A stretch of DNA of 63,881 nucleotides, the filler included, from Reticulomyxa filosa (Eukaryota > Protista > Foraminifera): assembly GCA_000512085.1 (NCBI GenBank). It is 24 parts of 24 records of this genome, joined end to end, with 100 filler letters (N's around TTAATTAATTAA, not from the genome) between each part and the next. Parts side by side here need not be neighbours in the genome. Positions count along the whole stretch, not along the records: positions 37,958 to 39,115 come from ASPP01024390.1; positions 39,216 to 40,364 come from ASPP01038726.1; positions 40,465 to 42,556 come from ASPP01024352.1; positions 42,657 to 48,760 come from ASPP01005669.1; positions 48,861 to 52,809 come from ASPP01002128.1; positions 52,910 to 62,351 come from ASPP01005294.1; 18 more parts are not named here. The stretch is one strand, 5' to 3'. Shown one piece after another: positions 39,062 through 53,000 of this stretch (within the stretch, counting starts at the first letter, position 1; every line of letters starts with the position of its first letter). The notes beneath the pieces were generated by a model. It was not told the DNA's origin and ran no database searches. It saw only the letters and a list, made by a program, of their open reading frames with translations. Position numbers and translations under genes: made by a program.

Positions 39062-39859
39062 GTTAGCGAAGAGAACGCGTTATATACGTACATATACATA
39101 CATATATATATATATNNNNNNNNNNNNNNNNNNNNNNNNNNNNNNNNNNNNNNNNNNNNTTAATTAATTAANNNNNNNNNNNNNNNNNNNNNNNNNNNNN
39201 NNNNNNNNNNNNNNNTTTTTTTTGCAATATACTGTATCCATGGAAATCGAGTTTATAATTTGTAATCTATCATTATGACATTTTTTTTTATATTGAATAT
39301 TTTATCATGTCATTTACTGATTATGAATTTGAAACAGCAATCCTTGAAATGTAGAGTATTGTGTTACTGCATATTAATATGCATGCCAAAAATGGAAAAG
39401 CTCTTATCGATCAAGGTCCTAAAAGAAATTTCTTTTTATAAAATAAAGAAATGAATATATACGTAATCTATTTCACTTTAAATCAAAAATTTTGTTTTCG
39501 CACATTGCAATCATGTTCCAAATAGTATTTCAGCCTTTTTTTATTTATGCAGTTCAACAATATAAAAATTAGATTGTTCTGTTATATATTTGTGTGCTTG
39601 TTCCTTTTTGATTGTGGAATCTATTATTTTCACCTTTTTGTGTTCTATGGATTTTTTATATGTCAAAAAGGTATATTTTTTTAATATCCATAAATATGTT
39701 CATATCTAAATAATATTTTTCCTTCGAAATTTCGGTGTTTAGTTTCGTTCACAAGTTCATTGTTGTTATCCCTCATAAAAACTCAAATAAAAAAAACATT
39801 ATCATAATCAATAATCTCTAATCAATCATTATAACAAAACCTACCTTCAGAAAAAAACA

Positions 39860-40364
39860 ATGAGCAACATAGAAGATGAAAAAACTTCAAAAGAAAGAGA
39901 AACTGGGGTGTCTCCAGTTTTTCTGGAGAATTCTTGTTTTAATAAAGAGTGGATTTTGCAGTTGAACCAACAAGAACAAATTAACTACTTTATTTGTTTG
40001 ATTTGCAAACAAGTTGCAAGAAACTCTATTGAAATGAGTTGTACGCAACACCAAGACTTGAATGAATCGCTTATTGTTGGAGCCAATTGTTTAAAGCAAT
40101 TCTTAAATGCTAATCCTAATTCTTGTCCTGTTCAGCATCATAATGGTTGTTTGTATTCTCCAAACAGAGCAGTTCAACTACAAATTAGTGACTTACGTGT
40201 TATTTGTCCACGACAATTTCGACAAGACTCACAAACAACTACTCAAGGGCAACAACCAGGAGAAGAAGGAAATGAAAAAATAACTTGTGATTTTAAAGGA
40301 AAAATCAAAGAATTAAATAGTCATTTGGATAATTCCTGTCCTTTGAAATTATTGGATTGTTGGT
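39860..40364 (+). CDS. RING-like/TRAF-type zinc-finger protein, N-terminal part
   Basis: ICLICKQV..C..H..GANCLKQFL..SCPVQHH, then L.VICP..CDFKGKIKELNSHLDNSCPLKLLDC (TRAF-type zinc finger). Confidence 0.8.
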
Positions 40365-40547
40365 NNNNNNNNNNNNNNNNNNNNNNNNNNNNNNNNNNNN
40401 NNNNNNNNTTAATTAATTAANNNNNNNNNNNNNNNNNNNNNNNNNNNNNNNNNNNNNNNNNNNNCTAAAAAAAACATAATTTACATTTGAAATATTAGAT
40501 CGATGCTTTGATTTTTCAATAAATTAAATTCCAATCAAATAGAGAAG

Positions 40548-41171
<624 letters not shown>

Positions 41172-42656
41172 TGCAATACAAATACTCTGATCAAATTGTA
41201 TAACAGTTTGTCAACATTTCTGATATTGTAAATTTTTTCCTGTTATCGCAATGAACAAAAAAAAGACTCAAAGAATAAATCCCTTATTTTTATTTTAATT
41301 TGTTCAATGTAAACATAAGAAAGCACTTTGATACAATTTGTTCCATTGTTTTTAAAAAGTTGTTTTAAAAAATGATTCTTTGTACAAATCTTTTAAAAAC
41401 AGCGTAAAAGGTGGTCAGTTCCAAAAAAATTCGTACGAAAGATTCTCCTTTAATTGCAAAGACAAAGGAATATAGAACGATAATAAAGAATAGTTTCCTT
41501 GTTTTAGCACTTGCAAGACGACATTTTCTGGTTACTTGGGGGGCAACAGCCCAGTGACACATCGTTGACACGTCAAGATACAAACACGAATCGCAATAAC
41601 ACAGAAACTGATTTATGTACAAAACCTAATTGTAAATAATTAGTTCTGCTCGATTGTTGTCAATGAAATAATCTCTGCACTGTTCAAACGACCAAAGATT
41701 TCAATTTACTATGTAAACACTTGGTTTGGTCCAGTTTGAAAATCGCCCCTTTTTTTTTATTATTAAGCAATACGAGTTTAATAATGATGTTATTGATATA
41801 GTCATTTGCTTACGTAATTTTTTTTTGTTTTGAGTTATTTTTTAAATATCAAAATGAACTGATTTTTTTGCGAGGACCCACGATAAAAAAAAAGTTCTCG
41901 TTTCATTTGCTTTCATAAATAAGGAGAGAAATTTATTAATCGTTGCAAATACTACAAAGTTAGTACATTTCTTTTGTGTAGAGAAAATATGTTTGGAACG
42001 GTTTAAAGTTGGGCGTTAACAACTTGATGAACACTCAGTGAACAAACGTTCCGATCGAAAGAAAATGTTTTTTTGTATCATTTTTTTTATCTATTATCAT
42101 AACAAATAATCTACATCAAAATACTTTAGTTGATTAAAAAAAATGATGTTTTTTTTTAGAGTTGCGAATTCGCTAAGCGGTAAAGAGTAGCAAAACTGCA
42201 ATCATAATTGAGAATTTTTTCCTCTTCGATTTATGCAAGAGAGAAATTTATTTTTTTTAAGTTTTTTGATTATTTTGTTTGCTTTTTTTAATAAAATGAA
42301 AAGTCAATCAAAAACTAATACTCAATAAGTGTAGAGCTCACAAAAAGTTCTACTGAATCAACACGTTCTCTTGGTTAATTCGTAAAAAATTTTTGCTACA
42401 TTATAGTCTCTCTAATGACAAGAAAAAACCACGTCACCTAAGTTTTTTTATTATAAAAAAAATTCTCCGTAGGTTTTTTCCACTCCAATAAATAAGATAT
42501 AACAACAATTGTGGATAAAAAATGTTTGACGTTTTAAAGACAACAAACAAAAAGAANNNNNNNNNNNNNNNNNNNNNNNNNNNNNNNNNNNNNNNNNNNN
42601 TTAATTAATTAANNNNNNNNNNNNNNNNNNNNNNNNNNNNNNNNNNNNNNNNNNNN

Positions 42657-43713
42657 AAGGAGAAGGAGAAGGAGAAGGAGAAGGAGAAGAAAGATAAGAA
42701 AAAAAAGGAAGAGAAAGGAAATAAGAGCAAGAAAACGAAATCCAAGAGAAGAGTGCAAAATAAAACAACAGCAGCAGCAACATCAGCAACATCAGCAACA
42801 TCAGCAACATCAGCAATATCAGCAACATCAGCAACGTCAACAACATCAACAACGACAAACAGGTCAAATGATGACAAGCAACCCAAAAAATACGAAAGCG
42901 CAAACGAATTGCTGAGTATGCGATTGCTCTCGCCATTTGGGTCGATAAAGCGTATGGTACAAAAACAGAAAGAAAAGTTTCATCACAGCGAGCGAGACAT
43001 TCGCATAATTCGCGGGACAATGGAAGAGCTGGCGCGCCATCGGCTGACGCATAGTTGCAAAATCACCATTGTTAATGGGTTCATTGACGCTGATCCACGT
43101 CCTTTCTACGCCTATCATTTACGCATTTCAGATGTGAAGTCGCGGCATAGCAATAAGAGTAATTCTGCAACAACAACAACAACAACAACAGCAGCAACGC
43201 ACGCACATGCACACGCGCATGCATCTTCTTCTTCTTCTTCAACAGAGCCTTCCCCAACGCGATGTTTGGAATGGACGATGACAACGAGATACAGCAAGTT
43301 GCACGAGTTCCATCGGTCACTTCGAAGCGACAAGCAGCTAAAGGACAATAAGCAACTGGCACTGCTCACATTCCCCAGCAAAGACAGGTTTAGCGATTCC
43401 ATGTCCGCGTACTTTGTCGCCAAGCGACGCGAACAGCTGCAAACCTATCTGGACACGTTGTGCATGAACAAATGTGTCGTGGAGACCTCACTGTTCCACG
43501 ACCTGCTTATCCCGCCTGACATTGTGGAAAAGTACTCTCGCGTCTCGGCGTCCGGCAAAGACAAGGCCAAGGGCCACGACGACAATCGCATGGCCACTAA
43601 TACTGACAGTGACGAAGGCAGTAAGGCGGATGAAGACCATAGTCTATCGGACGATGGTCATAATAATGATGATGATAATAGTAATGATAATGATAGTAGT
43701 GATGATGATGATG

Positions 43714-43752
<39 letters not shown>

Positions 43753-44126
43753 GCGATGATGATGATGATGATGATACAGATAATGAAGGAGGAGAAGAAA
43801 AACGAAAACACATTGAATTCGAAACAAAGCAATCCAAAAAAAAAAAAAAGATGAAACGTCGAGCACGGACGTCGACGTCGACGTCGAGCAGATTCTCCAC
43901 ATGGATAGCAACAGTTTGGACGCCGGCGGTCGTGCTGTTCCATTGCCGTCGGAGACAAAACCCTATGCAAAAACTCGCATCACCAATGCAAACAAGGACG
44001 AAACCGAAGAGGATCCACTCATCACGACCGACACTGATTCCATATCGAGTCAAAGTTATTTTTTATGCATACACTTATAATTCATCTAACGTATATACGT
44101 ATACATTGTACATATACACATATGTA

Positions 44127-44157
<31 letters not shown>

Positions 44158-46050
44158 CAGGCTCTTCCGAGGATCGGAAAATCTCTCCGTTAAAAGGGGT
44201 AGTGGACGCGGCAAGACCAACGGTAGTGAGTGGTTTGACCTTGTTGCTGTCTTCTCGTGGACTGAATGACGGAGCCAGTCGGACGGAAGAGTCAAAGAAA
44301 AAAGACGAGGATGTCATGTCTCCTCCGACGCGTTGCAATAAGACGGAGCCAGGTCGACGAGGCAAGCCAAGACGCTATTCGTTTCCAAATTGCGACTCTT
44401 CGAACCATCACAAGTTTTGCACCGACCTGTGGGGAGATGAGAAGACGTCGCTTGAGTACGTTTGGATGAACGAAAATGCGGAAAAAGACGAGCAAGCGTC
44501 TACGGAGCCTGTCACTCCATTGTGTTCTTTTTTAAGTCTCTCGCCTATCCCATCCCAAAGATCGGCATCGGCGTCGCTATCAACACCAATCACCATTACC
44601 ACAGCCATTACGACACCCGCGAGTACTGTCGTTGCTGCAACGCCCGTAGTGCCCATAGCGCCCTCTTCTTCCCTCCAAACCAAAACGCAAACGAGTGATG
44701 TCGAACAGCCGCTTCCCAAACAAACGGAAAAACAAAATAAAACCGCTTTGCCAAATCACAAAAGCGAGGACAGTAACTTGTTGTCATCAAATGAGGTTAA
44801 ATTATTATCCAATATATGTATATATATATATGTATATATGTATATGTAAATATTTATATGTACGTATACATATATAAGCATATATACCATATATACAATA
44901 TATATATATGCATATATAGTATTCACAATTAGTAGAAGAACTGTTGCATATGATGGAACTATTTTTGAACTTGAAGACACGCAATTGGGTCGGAAACAGC
45001 GCTCAAGCCGTGATAAACTTTTTGCTTCGTTGGTGCTTTGATGGGTATGTGACGACAATGATGGAGAAACAGATGGGACAGTGGAAACGTGACGATATGA
45101 TATCGAATAGCTTGCAATGGATTATGAGTTGTGTATGGCCCAATGGCGTATTGTTCAAAGCACAAACGCAGGCAATAACTTCGGAAGAAAAGCGACGAGC
45201 GTATGACGAAGCCCGGCAATTGGTGGCTTCGTTACACCAACTGTTGCCCAAACATGTGTTTTGGTTAATTGGGAAACAACATATTAATGAATGCTGTTTG
45301 CGATTGTTCGGCTTTTTGCAACAAGAAAGAGTCCTTAAACATATCGCCTTTGTTGCTCTTCATCAGTTGGATAAGCAACTCTTTCCTTTGGACATTACCA
45401 AAAAACGCACTCCAGTTCGATATAGACCGACTCCGTTTTTGGATCATTCGAACTCGTATTTGCATTCGCATTCGCATTCCTATTCACTTGGCAATATCAA
45501 TCCCAGCGCTCCTTTCCCAATTTCCGTCACTCCATCCTCACACCCTCCCCAAACCATTGTCCCTTTGCAGTCGCGCAATTTTTCTTATTCGAATCTTGGC
45601 CGTGACAAACGTAGCACGACCCATGGAGCTTCACGGCCATTATCGCGTACGTCTTCTTATAAAACTATCTTGGACAAGACTGAACCTAACTTTGCTTTGG
45701 GTATTCACCGTTCCCAACCCGTCTCCTTTCAGGAACACTTTTTGCCGAACGACTCGTCTTATATTCACACTCCGTCTTCCAATCATTCACATATCTACTC
45801 CGATGACGGCAAGGACGACCAAGGCCAGATCAGTGACAATCTTATTCTGTGGGATGATCCCGAAGAACATGATGAGAACGAAATTGAACAGGACGATCAT
45901 GATATTGCACGCTATCATATAAATAAAACTTATAGCCATCCCCACTCTTCCACCCTCAGCTCAATCTTCCCTTCTCAAAAATTTAAGAAATTTTTGGGGA
46001 TGGAGTCGTCACCTCAACCCAACAAGTCCACTAATATTTCGCATCGATAA
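42657..46050 (+). CDS. Sorting nexin with PX and Nexin_C (PXC) domains (SNX13/14/19/25/Mdm1-like), 5' truncated
   Basis: PX: FYAYHLRI..RYSKLHEFH..FPSK..FVAKRREQLQTYL. Nexin_C: ELFLNL..NW..VWPNG..EEKRR..A..LIG..RLFGFLQ..LKH..LFP. Introns near 44056-44160 and 44796-44919. Confidence 0.85.
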
Positions 46051-47090
46051 CTCGTTCCACACACACTCCCCCTTTTGTTCATCATACATATACATATATA
46101 TATACCCTATCTATACACAATACCTTTATACCTTTTCAAATCCTTCACGTAGTTGAATGATAATTCTCACTTCCTTGGTAATCTGGATTGTCTCTTCCGA
46201 ACTCGATTAATATCGATCAAACTGGCCACAATTCACTAACCACTACTTTATTGTAAGCAAAATTGAGGATGGTCTTTTGCATTGTTCATAACCAACATAA
46301 ATTGTGAAACGATGTTTTTCTTCTTTTTTCCCTTTAAATAAAATTTTTTCAAGTTTGTCCATTTTTAGGTTCTTTTTTCCTAAATGGAAGGTGTTTTTTT
46401 TTGTTCCACCTCTAGGAAAAAAAAGAGAGTCACTGTTCGTTTGTTAAAAATTGATGTGACATTGTTTCAGTGATTGACCAAAATCTTCCTGTTTTTTCAC
46501 ATTTTTTCTTTAGTATATGTCAAGTGCGAGTGCCGTAAAAAAAGCCCATCGCCAAAAGACACTTTTAAATAAATTGAATTTTGTTTAATCCTTTAACTCC
46601 AAATCTTTTGAAATCTTTAAAAAATAATTCATTCCGTCAGGGTCATTAATATTTTTTCTTCTATCGGCATTTATAAAGCGCTAAGGAAAGTTAGTTGATT
46701 GATTCTTAACAAATATAAAGTTTTTTATGTTAAATTTTGAAATACAGTGAACAATATTTCAACAGTTTTACAAACTCCTTTGAAAAAAAAAACTTTCTTT
46801 CCAAATTGTATGTAAATATTCCCCCATTACAAGCATCAAAAGTCTTACAATTCGACATCCAATGAATTCTGTCTACACAACAAAAAAGAAGGGATAAATA
46901 AATAATACGACCTAAAAACAAAGCATTTAATTTGATAGTTAATCAAATTTGTTGTTTTCTAAGATTTTTTCCCACAAAAGAGAACACCGAAAAACATAGT
47001 CCCTTCTTCCAATTTCGGACGATCCAATATCAACGTCTCTTTTTCAAAAACAAGCAATATTAATGGAGTATTGGTCCAACACGGCACATA

Positions 47091-47787
47091 TTAGATCTTG
47101 TTTATGCTAGAGACCCCACCAAGGGGATCTGTCTGAGCAAGGTCTTTACTGTAAGCGCTTTTAATTGGAGTCTGGATTTTGTTTGTTGTCATAGTGCGCT
47201 CGAATTGATGTTTCAAAGGATTATTCGAATATTTTGTATCCGACAGAGAGTTGGTATCGCCGTGTCGTACATATTGCTATGGAAATATGTTGTCAGTACG
47301 TGTAATGCGAATAAAACAAAGTAAAAACAAGATAGCATCAATAACCTGTAACACCTTCCATTGCTCTTCATTTTGTTTGCGCAACTTTGTTGTATACAAA
47401 TGATCGGTAGAAGATGGAGGTTGCGTGGTCAAGTCATTGACTGGCGATGGAAAAAACAAAGTGTTTGCACGGTGTTCAACTTCGGTGTTTTCTTTTTTTG
47501 GAAACACCTCTTCGTGCTTTATGAGGCCGGAGGAGGTAAGTGAGCCTTCTTCTTTTTTCAACAGCTGTTTCGATGACTGGCCATACATTGGATGCATGCG
47601 CTCAAGAATCTGGCGCATTTGATTATTCTCTTCAGTCAGTCGCTGATTTTCGGTCCGTAGCAATTCATTCTCGGCTTTTTCATCGCTACGGTTGTTCGCA
47701 AGTTTGTTAATTTGTGCTATCATATTTAGTATTGCAAATGATCAACACGACAAAACAATAACAAATATATTCAAATAATAATAATTA

Positions 47788-47826
<39 letters not shown>

Positions 47827-48717
47827 CTATTATTATTATTATAAGATATGCAATTGTGACAAAAGAAAAAATTGGAACAAACCAATGTGCTGTTGCTGCG
47901 TTTGATGAAGCTGCGACGTCGAATGATTTAAACTGTTTTGCATTTCTAAAAGTTTGTGTTTGTTTTGTTGGATGACTTGGTGTTGGCTTTGACAAATGGA
48001 CTGAAGTTCGAGAACTTGCTTATTTAAGTTGGTGTTTTCATTTTGCAAACACTCCAATTGACTGTTGCATCGCATTAGTTGCGACTTGAAGTTGTCCGTC
48101 TCTTTCGAGTGCTTTTCGATCAGCAGCTGTTGCGACTTTTGAAACCCACATATGCGGTTGTGCCATTCGTCAATGCGGTCGTTCATTTCGTTCATTTTTA
48201 AATGGTAGTAGTTTTTCTCCAATTTCATTTGAGCCGTTATCTTTTCCATTTGCAGTATCAGCGTATTTAGTTGGACATTGTATTGATGCGTTAGCGACTG
48301 TTTACGAGTCTATTCACGCAAGAGAGAAGAAGAAGAGCACAAATTCAAAAGACTTGTCACATAAGTAAACAAAAGTTACTTGTTCTGTTTCCAGTTGCGA
48401 CTTGGTCGATCGTATTTTCTGTTCGTATTCACGTTTTATTTGTTCATTGTCCAATTCGCATTGCTTTTTTGTTTGTTGGTTTGGTTTAGATTAGTGGGTA
48501 ATTACACACATTGTTTTTTTTTTTTTTTAAAAAAGTTTGTTGGAACAATCAAGACACATACACACATAATAAAAAAAACAACTTGAATGGAGTTTTGAGA
48601 AGTTTCTAATTGTTGCTCTAACATGGACAAATTGTCTTGCATCTTTTCTTGAATGGCTTGTAACTCCGATTTCAGTTTGTCAATCTCCTCCTCTTTTTCC
48701 TTTTTCAACATTCGCAC
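47091..48717 (-). CDS. Multi-exon coiled-coil protein, C-terminal part
   Basis: Q/E/K-rich exons in ORFs 48502-48717, 47839-48249 and 47277-47723. Last exon QYVRHGD..GGVSSINKI* has its stop at 47091-47093. Confidence 0.7.
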
Positions 48718-48860
48718 TGTCTTTTTTTTTTTTTTTTTTTTTAATTGTTTTTGTGTTTGTNNNNNNNNNNNNNNNNNNNNNNNNNNNNNNNNNNNNNNNN
48801 NNNNTTAATTAATTAANNNNNNNNNNNNNNNNNNNNNNNNNNNNNNNNNNNNNNNNNNNN

Positions 48861-51800
48861 AATGCACTGTCTATCACACGCAAACAACCGTTGCTAAATG
48901 AATCAGTTTGAACAGCTCCACAGTAATTGTCGTTCCATGTTGACGTTTTGATTAGTGTTCGTTGATATTGTAAGTAAATTAAGTTTTGATTTCCATTGAT
49001 TGTATTCTGTTTGAAGTGGACATTGTTCCATTGCATTATTCCAGTTGTGTTGTAGGTGTTAGTTGTTTGAGGGCAAACCCAATTTTTGTTGCATTTGCTC
49101 GAATCGGTGCTTGTTGGCACTGAAGCAATTAGAGGACCATCGTTGCTGATGAAGTTCACCTGATTGAGTAAAATTCGTGCAAATTCTAGATTTTCTGGAA
49201 GTCCTTCGATTGTGATTAGTGGATAGGTGCTTGTCGTGGAACTTGTCCAATTGAAATTGTTAATGGCAAAACTTGCTTTGCTTGCAGTTGTCTTTGGTTG
49301 AATTCTCAAAAAGTTGTTGTAATGTTGGTTAATGTGTATATTGCTTAGAGTTGCCGACGAGGTTTCAAACGAGTATAGTATTGTTCCGTTTGTGTTTTGA
49401 AAAGTATTGCTTGACAAGTGTATGTTCGACCACGTTTGCCCATTGATGAGAAAAGATCCATGAGGATACAAAATGTTTGAAATTTGATTGTTTTTCACTT
49501 GGACATCAACACACGAGGCTTGAATCCATACCGTGTCGGTGATATTGATAATGTTATTGTTACTAATGTCAACAACAAGTTTGGTATTGGTTGCATTGCA
49601 TTTGGACTGTTTGGTGCTGTCAATTGATGCATCAATCAATGGGGAACTTGAGTGAACATAATTTTTCCATGTCACCTGGCGGAATATGATTTTGGGTTGA
49701 GTGGAAGCTTTGCCCGGTACAAAATCGGTGGTTACAATTGTGGTTTTTTGATTGTGATCTAAAACAATATTTCGAAAATATGCTTTGTCATTGGAGGACA
49801 AATTTTCCAATACAAACAATCCCATCTGCCAATTGTTCAAGCGCGAAAACGAACAGTTTTGGATTGAGATAATGTGTGATCGATCGGCATTGTCATTAGA
49901 ACTTCTTTGCCAGCGCATAAGAGAGCCTCCGTTTGCAGTGATGCGATCATAGTTTAATCCGTTGAGAACCACAGACACGTCAGCGAATGAGAACAATGAC
50001 GAATTTTGCGAGGGATTTTGAAGTTCAAACGTGATACCGTCAATGTACAACGAAGCTTGGCCAAGATTTTGTGTCAATTCACTTGCAGTTGCAGCGACAT
50101 GCAATAAATATCCTTGTCCACCACTGTCCGCTGAGCCTTGGTCATGCCATTGCTGGATAATCGAGTTGGCATTGGTATTAACGGATTGCAAAATGATCTT
50201 TCCAACTCCTCCTTCGGAACTTGACATGCAATCTGTGCTTATTGTTTGTTGTAAATTGAACGATGCAACATTTTCGAAATAAAACGCTCCACCGCCGCCG
50301 TTTAAACTTTTGGATTGAAAAAATGTTATATCATTCCAACTGATAGTACTTCCATTCGATGCATAGACGGACCCTCCATTGCAATTACTTTGCTTGCATT
50401 TGTTATACGAAAAAGTAATACTTTGTAGTTTCATTTGGACATCATTGATGGCAATTGCACCACCTCCATTTCCACCATTACAAGTGTTGTTGGAAAACTG
50501 ACTTTCAATTATTGTGAGTACTGATGCCCGAGAATAGACCACACCACCATTGACTGCCCCTGTGCATTGACTCGCTGTGATATTGACCAAGGTCAAATTT
50601 ACACTGTGTTGAGAATATATGGAACCGTAATCGGATGAATCCGACTGATTTGCACATTTTTGATTACTATTTGCACACTGTCTTGGGCGAAAATTGAAGC
50701 ACCCTCGGATGCCAGATTGTTGGAAAAACTACCTCCAATGATAGTGCAGTATACGTTATCAATGGCATATACGGCACCACCTTTGCCGTTGCTTCCAGTA
50801 CTGTGCATGTTTTTGAAAATATTATTTAACAATTGCACGCTCGTGCCAGAGTTTTTCAGCACGACTCCCGAACTTCCTTCGTGAATGGTACTACTACTTG
50901 TTATCGAATTGAATGTGTTTTGATGCAACGAGCCCACACTCGAACTTGTTATGCGAACAATACCATTGCCATACGTATCGCTGGTTTCAAAAGTGTTGCT
51001 TTCAATGAGAAAAGGTCGAGTATTCGACAAACACAAAGCCGAAGTTTTAAAATTTGTCCATTGGTTGTTGGTTATTTTGACCAAATCCACAGAGTTTTGT
51101 GCACTGCTAGAAGCCGTTGAAACAATTTTTACACCAACACAACTTTGAGATTGTTGTGAAGAAGCACTCCACAAAGAGTTGTCAAATACGTTGTTGTCAA
51201 GCCAAAAGTTGATTTGATTGTCCCATAAATTGATTGTGCTGTTTGTAACCTTATTACTTTTGAATGTTGAATCCTTTACAGCCAATAATGACGTGTGCGC
51301 TGTCACCAATGAATCAAAACTGTTCCACTGCATCGTTGTGCCGCTGTTGATTCGTAGCTCACTGCTCTGTGCCTCGATCATGTGAGTACCACTGTTGTTG
51401 AAATATTGCGCTCCGGAGATATTGAGATATGAGTTTTGTGCATTGATTAATGAACCTCCGGAATTTTTGCCAAAATACGCAGTGTTAGATATTGCAAATG
51501 ATGGAACGTTCTTAATGTGAAAAGAGAAAAAAAATTGATTTTATTATTATTATTATAATAGATAAAGAAAGAGGAATAAACAAAGCAATATAACATTACC
51601 TTCAATTGTACAGCAGTTTTCGTATTGTGGTTATTGATAAATGAAATTGGAGTCGTCCAAGTTTGAGCATCAGTGCCATTGTATAAAATCATATAATTTC
51701 CACTGATGGTATTGCTGTCAAATATTACGTTATTTGTGAAAATAATTTGTCCAGTGCCTTGAATACGAATAAGCTGTGCAGCTGCGATATTCAAAAATCG

Positions 51801-52809
51801 CACATTGTCCAAATATAATATTCCGCCGTTGTCAATTTGAAATAGATGGTTAATGCTACGTGTATTGTCCGATTCAAATGTAACGTTCTTGATATACAAA
51901 GTACTGTTTTTGAGAACCGTCAAAATTGGAGAGCTGACGTGAACAGCAGAGGCTGACGTGTTTACGCGAATGAACGTTTCTTGATATGTTTTGCCTTCCA
52001 TTCTAAAGTAGTACCAATCAAAAGTGTAGCTTGATATCAATGGATAGATACCACTTCCCATATTGAGGACATCTCCATCTGTCACAGGTTGTCCTAAGAC
52101 GTAACTAATACTCTTGCATGTTGGAGTTGAAGTCGGAGACATGGTCGGCGCATAGCTCGGGCTTCTGCTCGGATGTCTCGTTGGGTTTCTTGTGGGATGT
52201 CTGGTGGGGGGCTGAGAGGGAGCCCGAGATGGATATTTGGTTGGGTTGTTCGTGGGATGTCTGGTGGGAGGTTGAGAAGGAGATCTCGTTGGATATCTGG
52301 TCGGATTGTTCGTGGGATGTCTCGTTGGAGACATTGACGGAGATCTGCTTGGGGCAGGTGTGGGTTGGTAAGTTGGTTTTGTTGGATGGACTGTCGGCGC
52401 TTTCGTTGGATGTCTCGTTGGATGTTTTGTTGGATGTCTCGTCGGATGTCTTGTCGGATGTTTCGTAGGATGTCTGGTGGGATGTCTGGTAGGGTGTCTC
52501 GTCGGATGTCTCGTCGGATGTTCCGTTGGGTGTCTCGTTGGATGATTCGATGGATATTGTGTTGGACTTCTCGTTGGAGATTTCGTTGGATCCAATGTTG
52601 GACGGTTCGTTGGATGTTTTGTCGGCTCCAATGTTGGAAGGTTCGTTGGACGTTTTGTCGGCCCCGATGTCGGGAGTGTTGGTTGTAATGTGGGTCGCTC
52701 TGTTGGATGTTTTGTTGGGGGGTTCGTCGGCCGTTTTGTTGGAGATTTCGTTGGATTATTAGTTGGATGTTTGGTTGGTTGTTTCGTCGGATACTTTGTT
52801 GGATATTTT
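48861..52809 (-). CDS. Large extracellular protein fragment: PT-rich stalk followed by Pmp/pectin-lyase-like beta-helix repeats (GGAV/GGAI, FxxN)
   Basis: Open through PTRH repeats, one intron near 51511-51599, motifs GKGGAVY, FSNNLASEGASI, NGGVVY, FSNNTC..GGGAI, GGGGAFY. Frameshift near 50650; truncated at both ends. Confidence 0.8.
52119..52809 (-). repeat. 12-bp tandem repeat (CCAACGAGACAT-like) encoding PT(R/K)(H/Y/S) tetrapeptides
   Basis: More than 50 degenerate units seen directly, with higher-order PTRHPTNNPTRYPSRSPSQP-like blocks. Confidence 0.92.
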
Positions 52810-53000
52810 NNNNNNNNNNNNNNNNNNNNNNNNNNNNNNNNNNNNNNNNNNNNTTAATTAATTAANNNNNNNNNNNNNNNNNNNNNNNNNNNNNNNNNNN
52901 NNNNNNNNNTTCAGCACAACATATATACGCAATCTGTGAGCCCTTATCATCGACCGGTTCAATTCAAACCAACAACCGCCTTCTATGGACATCAAAAAGC

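Noticed and set aside
43851-44055. ORF-track translation MKRRARTSTSTSSRFSTW.. as the true sorting-nexin sequence
   Set aside because: It follows a long A-run, and the alternative frame (DETSSTDVDVDVEQILH..) fits the acidic context better. Probable homopolymer error.
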